64,000 bases of DNA. Origin: Chiloscyllium plagiosum. Lineage: Eukaryota. Location of the stretch: contig NC_057719.1 in assembly GCF_004010195.1 (NCBI RefSeq), forward strand, positions 71,340,831 to 71,404,830, read 5' to 3'. A program made the translations under genes and the position numbers. Positions 37,655 through 48,696 of this stretch are shown here, piece after piece (position 1 is the first letter of the stretch; each line of letters starts with the position of its first letter). A model generated the notes under the pieces. That model had not been told where the DNA came from, made no database searches, and saw only the letters and a program-made list of their open reading frames with translations.

Positions 37655-39200
37655 AACAACAACTTGTATTTAAATAGCACCTTTGTCATATAAATACTTC
37701 CCAAGGTGTTTCACAGGAGTGTAATCAGAGAATAGATGGCACTGAGCCAAAGATGATGTTAAAAGGGGCAGAGGTTATGATTTAAATAGAAAGATAGATT
37801 GATTTGAATTTTAAAACTTAAGGCATAGACAACTGAAGATATAACCACCAGTGGTGCAGAGGAAGAAGCAGAGGACGATTTCAGAGACTGGGTTTAAAGC
37901 AGTACAGTTTTCAGAGGGTTGTCAGTTTGGAGGAATTTACAGGGACAGGTAGATGGAAAGTTGTTTGTGGAATTGAGCAAATGATCAGAATGATAAACTG
38001 AAAACATTGGAAATGGACAGCCAATGTACATTAATAAGAACAGAAGAGATGGCTGGGTCCCATTTGATACAGGTCGGCCGCAAGATTTGCAGAATCTCAA
38101 ATTTATCAAGGTTGGAAAATGGGAGATTGGCTGGCAGAGCATTCAAATATTGCGAAGATAATAAAAGCATCAACATGATTTTCAGCAGCAGATGGCTGTG
38201 ATGGGGTGACATTATGAAACGCCAGGTGTGTAAGAATAAAGGTGCTATGGGCAAAAGCATCGACGTCAGACATGAAGAAGTAACAAAAGCAGATTGGTGG
38301 CTGCAGAAGTGTTGTGGCAAATGGAAGACCAAAGGCACGTTGACAGTAGCACTCTAAGCTACTGCGGAAAAGCTTCATCTCAGCTAGATTCACAAGCAAG
38401 TGGAGCTGAAAGGGAATTATGATATATACAAGGGTATTTAAAGGGGTGTTGAGGGTGGTTCATATGTGGAATGAACAGAAGAGATGGCAGATGCAAGTAC
38501 ATTTACAATGTTTAAAAGACATTTGGATAGGTACATGAATAGGAAAGTGTTTAGAGGGATATGAGCCAAACCCAGGCAAGTGGGTCTATTTTAATTTGAG
38601 AAACTTGGTCAGCATGGACAAGTTGTACCAAAGGGCCTATTTCTGTGCTGTTCGACCCTATAAATGATGGCCTTGATTTTGATCAATCAAAAATCAGAAA
38701 TAACATGACCTTAATTAAATGGACGGGTTGAGGGGGTAGCCATGAATAGAAATACAAGAGTTTGTATGAAAGGAAAGGTTAAGGAAAGATAAGAGAATTG
38801 AAATGTGAGAGGACAAGGTAAGTTAAAACATATCGTTGCAATTATGAAGAATAAGCAGTCACACACTTTGCAGGAAAAAGAAAAGTCTTGGTGAAAATCT
38901 TCAGGCGGCTGGTGGAGAATGATAATTCGAAAGGTGAGGCAAGACGGGTGGAACAAGTAAAGAACATCAATGGAGGAGATGCTGGTAGAGGAAAGGTGGG
39001 AGAATCCAAGGTGAGATTTCAGTATAAGGGTCATACAGTAACAGTTTGACTGTACCAGGGTCCTGGACATTTTAACTAGGCAAGAAAGCTTCAGTAACTG
39101 GGAAGATGACAACAGTCTTGAGTCAAGTGTCATCAAGGCAACAATGCCAGTGCAATCGATCACAGTATGTTGATTGATAACTAGGGTCTAATTAGACATT
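37655..39200 (-). mobile_element. Old L2-like LINE, heavily deleted
   Basis: 3' tail AACAACAACTTGTATTTAAATAGCACCTT at 37655. Endonuclease-like LFHPSCLTFRIIILHQPP near 38900-38990. Confidence 0.55.
38430..38665 (+). mobile_element. CR1 3' end nested in the L2-like copy
   Basis: GTGGAATGA...TTTAAAAGACATTTGGATAGGTACATGAATAGGAAAG matches 52500-52700. Confidence 0.85.
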
Positions 39201-39429
39201 CTAGAGTTATATGCTAAGAGGGACCCTGACGGTAGATCTGTAGAGTGGGATGCACAAAAGGGTCATAGATTCACCTGAAGTGGGTGTGTTGGGATGTCAG
39301 GGAGAGAGGAGGTTGGGGCAGTTGTAGTTACTGCTTAAAGAGAGAGAATTGTGGCTCAGGAGTAGCCAGTTTGCATATATCATAGTTTTACAATTTCGTT
39401 TTTAAATATGAATTAAACGTCATTAATAA

Positions 39430-39610
39430 TGGTTGGCCAGGACACCAATGAAGGGTTCCTTGATCTTCTTTAAATAAAATGATGGGACCTTCTAAGTTCA
39501 ACAAATAAACCAGATTTCAGTTTAATGGGTTATCTGAAAGACAGCACCAGTGATCCTGCAATCTTCTCTCACTACTGCACTGAGATGCTGTAGTGTATTT
39601 TGTACTTGTG
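39430..39610 (-). mobile_element. DeuSINE-like (SacSINE1/AmnSINE1-type) core
   Basis: The reverse complement (CAGTGCAGTAG...GGTGCTGTCTTTCAGAT...TTAAAC...GTCCCATC...AAGAAG...GTGTCCTGGCCAA) parallels 61880-62010 and the recalled Deu domain. Confidence 0.6.
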
Positions 39611-39675
39611 CTGAAGTAAGGCGTAATATCCTTTCCCTTGCTAGTAAATGGTAATGTGTTTCCTGAGGTGTTCAT

Positions 39676-41450
39676 GGCTGAATTTTACGTTTTCTTTGCA
39701 AAGTGTGAATTACTTTGAAACTTTTTAAGGGATTCTCGCTGCGAGGCAAGGCACGATTTCTCACCGTAACTTAGCAAATTTACCTCATTTACAACTTGCC
39801 CTGCCCAACGGCGCTCCTTCTATCTGATTCTAGCCACATATTACCACATACCTTTCTTAGAAATACTCACTACTCACTGGATATCTATTGAAAGAATTTC
39901 ATCTCTTGTGCCTTGACATTTGGAGAAGATGCTGTTTACCTAGACTTGCCCCTCACTGGCAATGTAACGGCACAGCAGTTATGAAGCCGCATAGATGAAG
40001 ACACATAACCATCATGACTGACACTCCATTGCACATACCAATCATTCTCTCACCATAGCTGCTATCTAACTGCCACAAACAGTTAAACTGTCCTTAGCTA
40101 CATCCCATCTAAGTACCCTCACAACTGCTCTGTCTCCAATGCCCACTGGACACTCACATTCAGTCATTGTCCAGTAGAAGAACATACCACACAGGTGAGC
40201 AGCGAGACAGTTCCAAACATGAGCTTTTATTTACAGCTACTCAGAAAGGAGACACGGACAAAACCAATACAGGATTCAGTTTGCTCCCACAATGCAATGA
40301 CCATCATGACCAATGACTATTAAATATTCTGTGATGGTCTCATGCACCCAGCTGTCATTGCCTACTGGATCTGGGTTTCAATCGGCTCCTGTCAGAATCA
40401 CAGCACCCACACAGCTTACAAGGACAGCTTCCTCCTCCCCGGTGGCTTCATACTTCTCCTCCTCAGAAGATTGCTTCCATTTCCCCAGTTCCTCAGCATC
40501 CAGCACGTTGCTTTGTTGCCTGCTCCAGTTGTGCAGAGTACAGTATGACAGGATAATCTGTCCAGACTACTGGAGACCCCACTCCCTCCTCCTCCCCAGA
40601 ATGCTCCAAGCAGCAGAACTGCAACCTCAGCTCCTAATACTCCACTGCTCCTCTGGTTGAAGCCTGGCAGCATTGTATCTGAGCTCAGAATTGGTCAGCA
40701 CTTGCACAATGGTGTCATGTGCCACGGTCACAGTGGGTATCCCTTGTCCTCCAGTGACCAGCCTTGTAAGGCCCCAGGATTCTCAAACATACCAGGCACA
40801 CTAGAGTGCTCCAGGATGAAGGCAGCTGCCAAGGTAGTGGGCACACACCTCCAGGATGCTTACTGCTCATCTGAACATTGTTGAAATGGAATTGCTTCCT
40901 ATTGATGACGTCAGTGGGGGGGGGGGCCTTCTCAGTACCACGGGTGTACAGTCAATAGCAACTCCACCTGTGGTAAACCAGCTGTGTTTCCAAATCCTCA
41001 GCCCAGCTGCCGTACTGGCCTCATCATGGGGGATCCAAATGAACCAGTGCACCCCTTCCGTCACTATCCTAGTCTCCACCTCCACAAATCCTCCTGCTTA
41101 CCTACCCCCAGCTTGACTCTCCCACCTCTTTGGCAGTGATGCCTCCATGCTTCCCCCCACCCTGGCCCTATACACCCCCCTTGAATCCTCCTGAATGATC
41201 ATCAGATGGATCTCTGGGACAGTATTTGCCTTAGACTTGACTGACCACACCCTGGCATGATGATATCTGATTCTCCCTGACTGCTGGCCTTACAGGACTA
41301 ACCATTGCCATTCCCTGGACTATAATCGGATATATCTCCTGCTGGTGATTGGTCTGAGCTAACAACAGACTGTGTCCAAGCTCCCAGACTGTGTGTAGGC
41401 CATGTCAATGACCTGATGGTATTAAAATTCCTGCATGGAGGGCTTCCCTA
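39676..41450. mobile_element. Degraded Harbinger DNA transposon
   Basis: The left end GGCTGAATTTTAC and the next about 150 bp resemble 20064-20200. Contains the transposase remnant listed separately. Right boundary uncertain. Confidence 0.6.
40430..41070 (-). pseudogene. Harbinger (HARBI1-like, DDE_Tnp_4) transposase remnant
   Basis: Motifs in order across frameshifts: FIWIPHDEAS, AGLPQV, AIDCTPVVLR, INRKQFHFNNVQ, ILEVCAHYLGSC, FILEHSSVPGMFE, GWSLEDKGYPL*PWHMTP, ELRYNAA, LQFCCLEHSG, CTLHN. Confidence 0.88.
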
Positions 41451-43724
41451 CCTTCCTGCAAGATGGAACTGAGAACCAGCCTGAAATGGCCACCTAATTG
41501 AAGAAAACATACAGTGTTTGCCACTTTGGCAACTAGCACATGCTGTAGGTATTAGACTGATGTCTCAGTATGCTGTAAAGCAAGACATTTCCCAACCCCA
41601 CCCTGCACAGCCTGAACAGATCCCTAATGACAAACGTGACAAGAATCCTGGCTCTGTGTCTACACTAAAGAGCACTTCAATACAGCATTGCTGATGGCTT
41701 TTGGCTCTAACTTAAGTTGGCAGGTACACTAACTGTCAGCAGTTTTGGATTACCTGTTTCATATTTGAAAAATTACTTGAAATTTATGAAAACATCTATT
41801 GCCAGCAGTTTATAAATCTGAAGTCCCATCTTGAGGTCTCAGACAAACTGTTGGTCTGCTATTACCAAATCTTTAAGCCTCACTTTGTATCCCTACAAAA
41901 AAAAAGTTTTACAACATCCATAACTGTTCAAACTAGTGTAATTGATGGATTAGTGATTTGAAAGGGAAGGCAACTTCAATTATTGATTACGAGATTGGTT
42001 TTAAGCCTTTGCAACACTTTCATAATCAATTGATTGACACTTGCACTTGAAATAACAGAGGCATTTTCTTCTCATCGAAGAATTTGTATGGGACCCCAGA
42101 ACACCTGTGTCCTAAATCACACCCCCCTCAACTTCAAACAAAGGATAACTTTTCCCATATGTATATCCCGCTACACTAAAATGGAACAGCAGGCCAGGCC
42201 AGGATAACCGGAGAGCAACAGCCCAGCAGGCCAGTTATCCCAAACATACATACAAGTTACATGTGGAGCTCTCTGATACTACAATCGAATGCACATGCCA
42301 TTGAACTGTAGCCAATATGTGAAGAGGAACAGATACTACTCTGAGAATTTTCAATTCATTTCTAAATGAAACCAAGGAATGCCTTTAATTGTCAATACCA
42401 AGGGTATAAGATGTGTACATCTGCAAAGTGGCATCATTGTCTGATTGTTTGCATTGGTGGTATCATTTACCAAATGTTGCCAAAGTAGACCTCTTTGACG
42501 CCAGCAAGACTTGGCGAGAAAGCAGTGCAAACTTCCTGAATTTCTATTTCAGATCTTATGATCACATTATAAAATAACAGACAAAAAGAGGATGTCCTGT
42601 GTTTCACAAAGCGGACATCATTTTTTTTTAAAAATTTCAAATGATGGGACTCACGGGTTTTGTGTAAAAGACATGTAAAAGGTAATCAGTGTGTGGCAAT
42701 GGTGAGAAAGGAAATGAAGTGACAGATATGGAGTCTGAGGATATGCAAGTGGACAAAAAGGTTTGAAGGTTGTGGAAAGTTCTTAGTATGTGTCAGGGGA
42801 GGGATAGGCACTGACCCAAAAGTGGTATGTAGGCTGTTCGAAGGAAAAGAAGGTTTTAGTGCCAGGTTGAGCAGGGAGGAGAGAAAGGTGACATGCTCCC
42901 TTTGCCTGTCTTCCTTGCTTCCAGTAATTTTCAGAACTGAATGCCTGTAATGCCCTATTCACTTGATACAATTGACTTGCTAAGTGTCACGTGTAGATAT
43001 TCATATCTAAGGCAAGGTCACAAGCCTTAGTTTGAGTTGTTCTGCTAGAGTTACAGTGGAAATCTGAGGCTGTAGCCCTTCATTTCAATTTCAGCCACCT
43101 CATTGAAACATTAGCATGATGCTCACAGCATGGTGCATCAAGTGTTCAAGGAACAAGCGGAGGGGAATTCTAAGTAGCAGATTTTAAAGGAATGCTGTTT
43201 TCTTTCAAACCTTTCCTGTGAGCACACAGCAGGAGAGGTGGCTATGGGAAGGCAAGTTACTCTAACTGCTCCACTTAATAAGAAGGTTTGGAAATGCAGG
43301 CAGTGCTGCAAAGGAAACTGGCTATTTATGGAGCAGAGGGTTAACCTAAAATAAAGATCAGCATCATGGCTACAAAGGTGAATGCAATATGAGGCTAGGT
43401 GCAGGTCAACAAGAAATATACTCATCTTGAGAAGATTGCAAATTTAGAGCTGGGGTTGTATTGCTGCCTTTGAATATGATACCTTACATAGCCTAATAAC
43501 AGCACTGCACTCTAAGCTTGTTTCCACATCATGGGATTACAATATATAACAACAGTTTACATAGTTTCCAAGTACACAGCATACCCTTCTTTTTTACAGG
43601 ACTGTCTTTTCGTTGGTGCTATAGGGATTTTGTCTCTGCCCTTGGTGGGGTAACCAATGATTGTGAAGAAAACTGGTCAAATCCGATAGCTCCGAGACCT
43701 GAGTATTCATGCAATTACAAGGAG

Positions 43725-43815
43725 TGTCACTGGACTCAGAGCATGAACTGTTTTTTCTCTCCACAGATGCTGCCAGATGTGCTGAGGTTCTCTAGCAATT
43801 TCTGTTTCTGCTCCA
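43725..43815 (+). mobile_element. Penelope-like pLTR fragment
   Basis: GTCACTGGACTC...CTCTCCACAGATGCTGCCAGATGTGCTGAGGTTCTCTAGCAATTTCTG matches 7840-7920. Confidence 0.65.
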
Positions 43816-43855
43816 TAAGGTAGCTATTGGTCTAACTATTTAGAGCAGTAGTGAT

Positions 43856-44233
43856 TGTAACGAGGTCAGCCGGGGGATATGAGTTCCTTGATGAGGACTG
43901 TTAGTCTGGTCCAAATAGGGAGCCCTGGCTGACAGATAAGAACAGGGGTGTCAGAGGTTCTGTTCACACTAGGAGCTGGCTCTAGGAAGCTGCACCAGTG
44001 ATATACAAGGAACTTAAATTATCTGAAGGACATGAGCGGGGTGTATTTTATTCGGTTAAGTGAATGCCGGATAATCAAATACCAGTTATTATAGTTAGCC
44101 ACGCATCGGGATCTTGTGATCTTGTTCAGATAATCCGAAATTCGGTTAATGCTGGGTAATGGAGGTTCCTCTTTACATGTGTGAATAAAGGGTGGCTTGG
44201 TGATGGGATACCAGCTGCTGTAGAGTTATTTCA
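43856..44233 (+). mobile_element. Probable solo LTR with nested MITE
   Basis: Starts TGTAAC and ends TTCA. TATA-like GATAAGAA and AATAAA (44184). Flanks TGAT/GGAT match 3 of 4. Confidence 0.55.
44006..44173. mobile_element. Tigger-like MITE, copy 2
   Basis: Colinear with 15684-15857. Termini CAAGGAAC...GTTCCTCTT are flanked by TA on both sides. Confidence 0.78.
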
Positions 44234-44825
44234 GGATCAAGCGTATTCTCTGTCACATTCATCATAATATAGCATCGTTTCTGATGCCCGTTGATTTATA
44301 ATTTGAAAACAGCTTTTGAAATTGTGACATGGAGGAAAGTGAAGTGAGTTTCTTCAACCTCTGGGTAAACCTTGTCCTTTCCTTTCCAGTCATTATCTCC
44401 ATGTGCACTGACCTCATTTAGCCCATCACATGTAAAGTACAATTTAGATCTTCAGCATAACACGCTATGTTGTTTTGCCATGTTTCAAAGGCTGTTTATC
44501 CCCCAACACTGGAATATTTTACAGCCGGAGAAGGTTGAGTCTTAGAATACCTTAACTCAACCAAGCACCTCACAGAATTCGGAATTACTAAACCTGACAA
44601 GAAGCAAAGCGAATCTGTCTAGCATCAGGGCTGATTCTGGGAGGTAATTCAGCTGCTGAGCCCAGAGATTCCGACTCCACATCCAGGGCATGGTAGCTCA
44701 TTGCAAATATTTTTTGCAGTCATCTGAAATGAGGGCACACTTGGAAGGAATACACAGAATAGGGAAAGCAGTGAACACATTTGTTACACGTGTGGTTAAG
44801 CTGAATAAAACATGAGTTGGTCAGT

Positions 44826-45047
44826 AAAAGCCGAAAGCACTGTGGATACTGTAAATCAGAGACAAAAGTAGCAGTTGCTGGAAAAGCTCAGCAGGCCTGG
44901 CAGCATCTGTGGAGAGAAATCGGAATTAACATTTCAGGTTGAGTTACCCTTCCTCAGAACTGAAGAAGGGTCACTCAACCCAAAACATTAACTCTGATTT
45001 CTTTCCACAGACCTGCTGAGCTTTTCCAGCAATTGCTATTTTTGTCT
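44826..45047 (-). mobile_element. Palindromic Penelope-like mini-element (family 3) with back-to-back decayed hammerheads
   Basis: Arms 44860-44957 and 44960-45047 meet at TCAGAACTGA. Minus strand CTGAGGAAGGGTAACTCAACCTGAAATGTT; plus strand CTGAAGAAGGGTCACTCAACCCAAAACATT. About 34-nt tail at left. Confidence 0.82.
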
Positions 45048-45714
45048 AAGAGTTAGCTGGTGCATGAATATGTCTTGAGAATCTAATCCCATCTAAGTTC
45101 AAAAGTTTGATTGAAACCACTTTGTTGGTTTGTTTCTTCTCCAGACCTCTTCATGGCAATTGCTAACTGCAGTGTGAGGTTGTGCAAGATGATGCAGGTC
45201 GCCTTCATTTTGGTTGTTAGCCCCAGTGTTCCAGAGATCTGAACTCTGGTTTGAGGGTGGTATTGCCTCAGCACCTCATTATAACTGTCAATAATTTTAT
45301 CCTTTGTGGGTTACAACACATTTAGTACTGAAATACCTTATCACAGGTAGCAAAGGACATAAGGTAAGCTGGACCCAACAAAATCAGACAATACATGCTC
45401 ACTGTAATAGTGGAATGTCATACAGGCCTGCAATTGGGTTCCAAAACATTAGAACACATAACAGATGACTCAATGAATACAAGAAACAGGCATCTTCAAT
45501 ACACAAGGGAAAGCAATGACAGCAGCTACCACAACTCTGTATTTTTCATGTATCACTGCAAATTAAGCTAATTATTAAGAGGCTGATCTGACTTATTGTG
45601 TCTTCAGAAAGTAATGCTCAACTATTATTCATTGATGGCCATTGATTTTCACTACCCTTACAACATTTGTAAATTCAGAAATGTTGGGATTTTTCTGTGG
45701 GTGAAGGTGTGATA

Positions 45715-45878
45715 TGGAGAAAGTGAGAACTGCAGATGCTTGAGCTCAGAGTTGAAAAGTGTGGTGCTGAAAAAGCACAGCAGGTCAGGCAGCATCCTGA
45801 TGCCCGAAACGTGGATTCTCTTGCTCCTTGGATGCTCCCTGACCTGTTGTGCTTTTCCAGCATCACACTTTTTGACTC
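45715..45878 (-). mobile_element. Palindromic Penelope-like mini-element (family 1 variant)
   Basis: Inverted arms with a 31-nt tail at left. 13-bp TSD TGAAGGTGTGATA (45702-45714) / TGAAGGCGTGATA (45879-45891). Confidence 0.85.
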
Positions 45879-46660
45879 TGAAGGCGTGATACGTCAAGGA
45901 GAAGGTAGTGTGAAGAGGGACTATTGAGTGAAAGAACATTTTACAACAGATTTGCTGTGACCAAAAATGAAGTACAGGCTGGAAGTAACCTGTTTAAAAT
46001 ATTAAAGTAAGGACCTGAATCTTCAAATTTACCTGTGACATGATGGCTAAGCACATTGATATTTATAAACCAACTCATTTTCTAATGCAGTTTGCTTCTT
46101 CTGGCATCAGGATGTGATTGAAAGACAATGTTCCATTGAGTAAGTCACACCTTTTGCTGAGTCTGTAGAAGCACGGAGCCTAAATACAATCATCTCTCTG
46201 GTTTTCGTATTGTGTCACTGAACTTTCCAATCTTTTAATACCTAAGTATGCTTTCGGCAGTTTATTACTACACCACTCAACTCATCTGCTTTTGAAAGAA
46301 TTTAACACCACTGGTAAACCTTGCAGCATGATGCCCCTTGATATTGAGGCCCATCTCTTTTGTGGACCTTTGCTTCATCCTTTAGTCACTTTCTACAATT
46401 GTAGTGCTAGTATCATCAAACACTAATGCTGGGTTCAGATGGGAGGACCCTCCGCCGCATCTGCTCCCAGGAGGACCAGTTCCAAAAACGCACAACCCAG
46501 ATGGCCTCCTTCTTCAAGGACCGCAATTTCCCCCCCGACGTGGTCGACGATGCCCTCCACCGCATCTCTTCCACTTCCCGCTCCTCCGCCCTTGAACCCC
46601 GCCCCTCCAACCGCCACCAGGACAGAACCCCACTGGTCCTCACCTAACACCCCACCAATC

Positions 46661-46993
46661 NNNNNNNNNNNNNNNNNNNNNNNNNNNNNNNNNNNNNNNN
46701 NNNNNNNNNNNNNNNNNNNNNNNNNNNNNNNNNNNNNNNNNNNNNNNNNNNNNNNNNNNNNNNNNNNNNNNNNNNNNNNNNNNNNNNNNNNNNNNNNNNN
46801 NNNNNNNNNNNNNNNNNNNNNNNNNNNNNNNNNNNNNNNNNNNNNNNNNNNNNNNNNNNNNNNNNNNNNNNNNNNNNNNNNNNNNNNNNNNNNNNNNNNN
46901 NNNNNNNNNNNNNNNNNNNNNNNNNNNNNNNNNNNNNNNNNNNNNNNNNNNNNNNNNNNNNNNNNNNNNNNNNNNNNNNNNNNNNNNNNNNNN
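46661..46993. other. Assembly gap (333 N)
   Basis: Run of N inside the PLE. Confidence 1.
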
Positions 46994-47046
46994 AAATGTG
47001 TTGCTGGAAAAGCGCAGCAGGTCAGGCAGCATCCAGGGAACAGGAG

Positions 47047-47083
47047 AATCGACGTTTCGGGCATAAGCCCTTCTTCAGGAATG
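47047..47083 (-). ncRNA. Minimal hammerhead ribozyme motif (antisense copy)
   Basis: Exact reverse complement of the motif at 47221-47257. Confidence 0.7.
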
Positions 47084-47220
47084 GGGAAAGTTTGTCCAGC
47101 AGGCTAAGATAAAAGGTAGGGAGGAGGGACTGACCTCTTTCCACCTATCACATTTCCGACGCCCCTCTCCCAAGTCCCTCCTCCCTACCTTTTATCTTAG
47201 CCTGCTTGACAAACTTTCCC

Positions 47221-47257
47221 CATTCCTGAAGAAGGGCTTATGCCCGAAACGTCGATT
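47221..47257 (+). ncRNA. Minimal hammerhead ribozyme motif
   Basis: CAUUC-CUGAAGA-A-GGGC-uuau-GCCC-GAAAC-GUC^GAUU: intact core, 4-bp stem II, palindromic stem III, weak stem I. Confidence 0.72.
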
Positions 47258-47429
47258 CTCCTGTTCCCTGGATGCTGCCTGACCTGCTGCGCTTTTCCAG
47301 CAACACATTTCCAGCTCAGATGGGAGGACTGCCAGACCAAAGTGAGTGTCTTCCATGAATCTATGATTACTCATATCAATGATGCCCTCCTGAAGAACGA
47401 ACTCTGATGGATGGGCCATTGCATGCAGA

Positions 47430-47550
47430 GGGATACAGATCCTTAGGAATTGGGTAACAGGTCTAGACAGTGGATTTGGATCGGTTCAAGCTTGGAGGGC
47501 CGAAGGACCTGTTCCTGGGCTGTAAATTTTCTTTGTTCTTCTTTGTTCTT
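47430..47550 (+). mobile_element. CR1 3' UTR fragment
   Basis: GCTTGGAGGGCCGAAGGACCTGTTCCTGGGCTGTAA followed by a (TTCTTTG)-type tail. Confidence 0.75.
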
Positions 47551-47644
47551 TAATGATTCACTCAAGATCTTCCTAAAGCACAAAAACATTGACTCCACCA
47601 ACAAGGAGGGAGAAAACTGCTGACCACTTCAAGGTTCAGTAATT

Positions 47645-47795
47645 TGACTGCAAGGATGTTACAAAGATATCTGTCATGGCTCCAGCTATTTCCTCTCTCG
47701 CTTCCTTCAGCAACCTGGAATATATCCTAAAAGTCCTGGGGATTTGTCCACCTTAATATCCATTAGCCTTCCAACACATCTTCCCTCCTTATGTT
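47645..47795 (-). mobile_element. CR1 RT N-terminal fragment
   Basis: IKVDKSPG.../IYSRLLKEAREEIAGAMTDIFVTSL. Confidence 0.8.
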
Positions 47796-48678
47796 GAAGG
47801 TAGAGGAAGGAGATGGAATCCAGCCCCACGCTCAGAATTCCAAAGTGCCAGCACTGCGGAAAAACTTGTGGCTTCCAAATTGGGAATCTCAGTCATCTGA
47901 AGACTTGTCCAATCTGACAGGTGTCACTGTTGATTCCCAGTGATCACGACTGGACTGACACTAATTCATTGGCAGCAAAGGCCCTGGGTTAAAGCTAAGT
48001 TAGTTATTAAAAATTCTTTTAATTTACCATTGGTTCTCAATTATTGAAGATGATTCTGCTCAAATTATTGGTGAGTAGTGAGCTGGTTGTGCATAATTAC
48101 TACTCAAAATTCCTTCTGATTTCTGACATATGTAAGCTCATAATGAGTACATTGTCTCACTGAATTCACATTCCAATTACTATTTGTAACAATTAACCTA
48201 ACTCATAAAATGGCCTTAAATGTTTGATTTTTACCTGATATGAAATTGAAAAGGTTTCGTAATAAACGTTCTGGCCTTAGCTTTAACATTCTATTTATAT
48301 TTGAGGCACATATTCTATGATTTAAAATAACATGTCTCTTATTTTTCTTATGAGTGTTTAGTACAGGTGATCTCTACTGAGTGTCTCATACAATATAAAA
48401 AATAAGTTGAATGAGCTGTTTTGAGCGTTGATCAGTATGAAGTTATAAATGGATTTAATTTCAGAGATTCTATCATCGGAATGTGATAACGGGCAGGCAC
48501 TAGTTTTCTGTCTTTGTTTTTGTAATGTACAGTATTTATAATTACATGGTAACAAACTGAGAGACAAAATAGCATCAGGTCTTGTGAGTTCCTTCTACAT
48601 GGCAAAGGCAGTTTTATATATTTAAAACTAGCTGAATGATTGATGGATGTTATTGCTGAAAAGTGTGCTTGGTGAAAT

Positions 48679-48696
48679 CACCACTAGGTGGCAGAA
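48679..48696 (+). promoter_or_regulatory. Candidate CTCF site
   Basis: CACCACTAGGTGGCAGAA fits the core consensus CCASYAGRKGGCRS at every position and lies in non-repetitive sequence. Confidence 0.6.

Larger units (their letters stand above)
46449..47315 (+). mobile_element. Young Penelope-like element: ORF fragment, gap, inverted pLTR pair
   Basis: LRRICSQEDQFQKRTTQMASFFKDRNFPPDVVDDALHRIS...QDRTPLVLT resembles the PLE RT thumb/linker before GIY-YIG. 138-bp inverted repeat 46994-47131 / 47173-47310 with 1 mismatch. 14-bp TSD TCAGATGGGAGGAC (46435-46448 / 47316-47329). Confidence 0.9.
46405..47600 (+). mobile_element. Old RTE-clade LINE C-terminal fragment, split by the PLE and a CR1 tail
   Basis: RWEDCQTKVSVFHESMITHINDALLKNEL*WMGHCM (47318-47427) and FNDSLKIFLKHKNIDS (about 47549-47596) resemble RTE ORF C-terminal motifs. 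Confidence 0.65.

Noticed and set aside
46435..47107. ORFs of 130-222 aa
   Set aside because: They span the second gap. Only the 46426-46647 frame has PLE homology.
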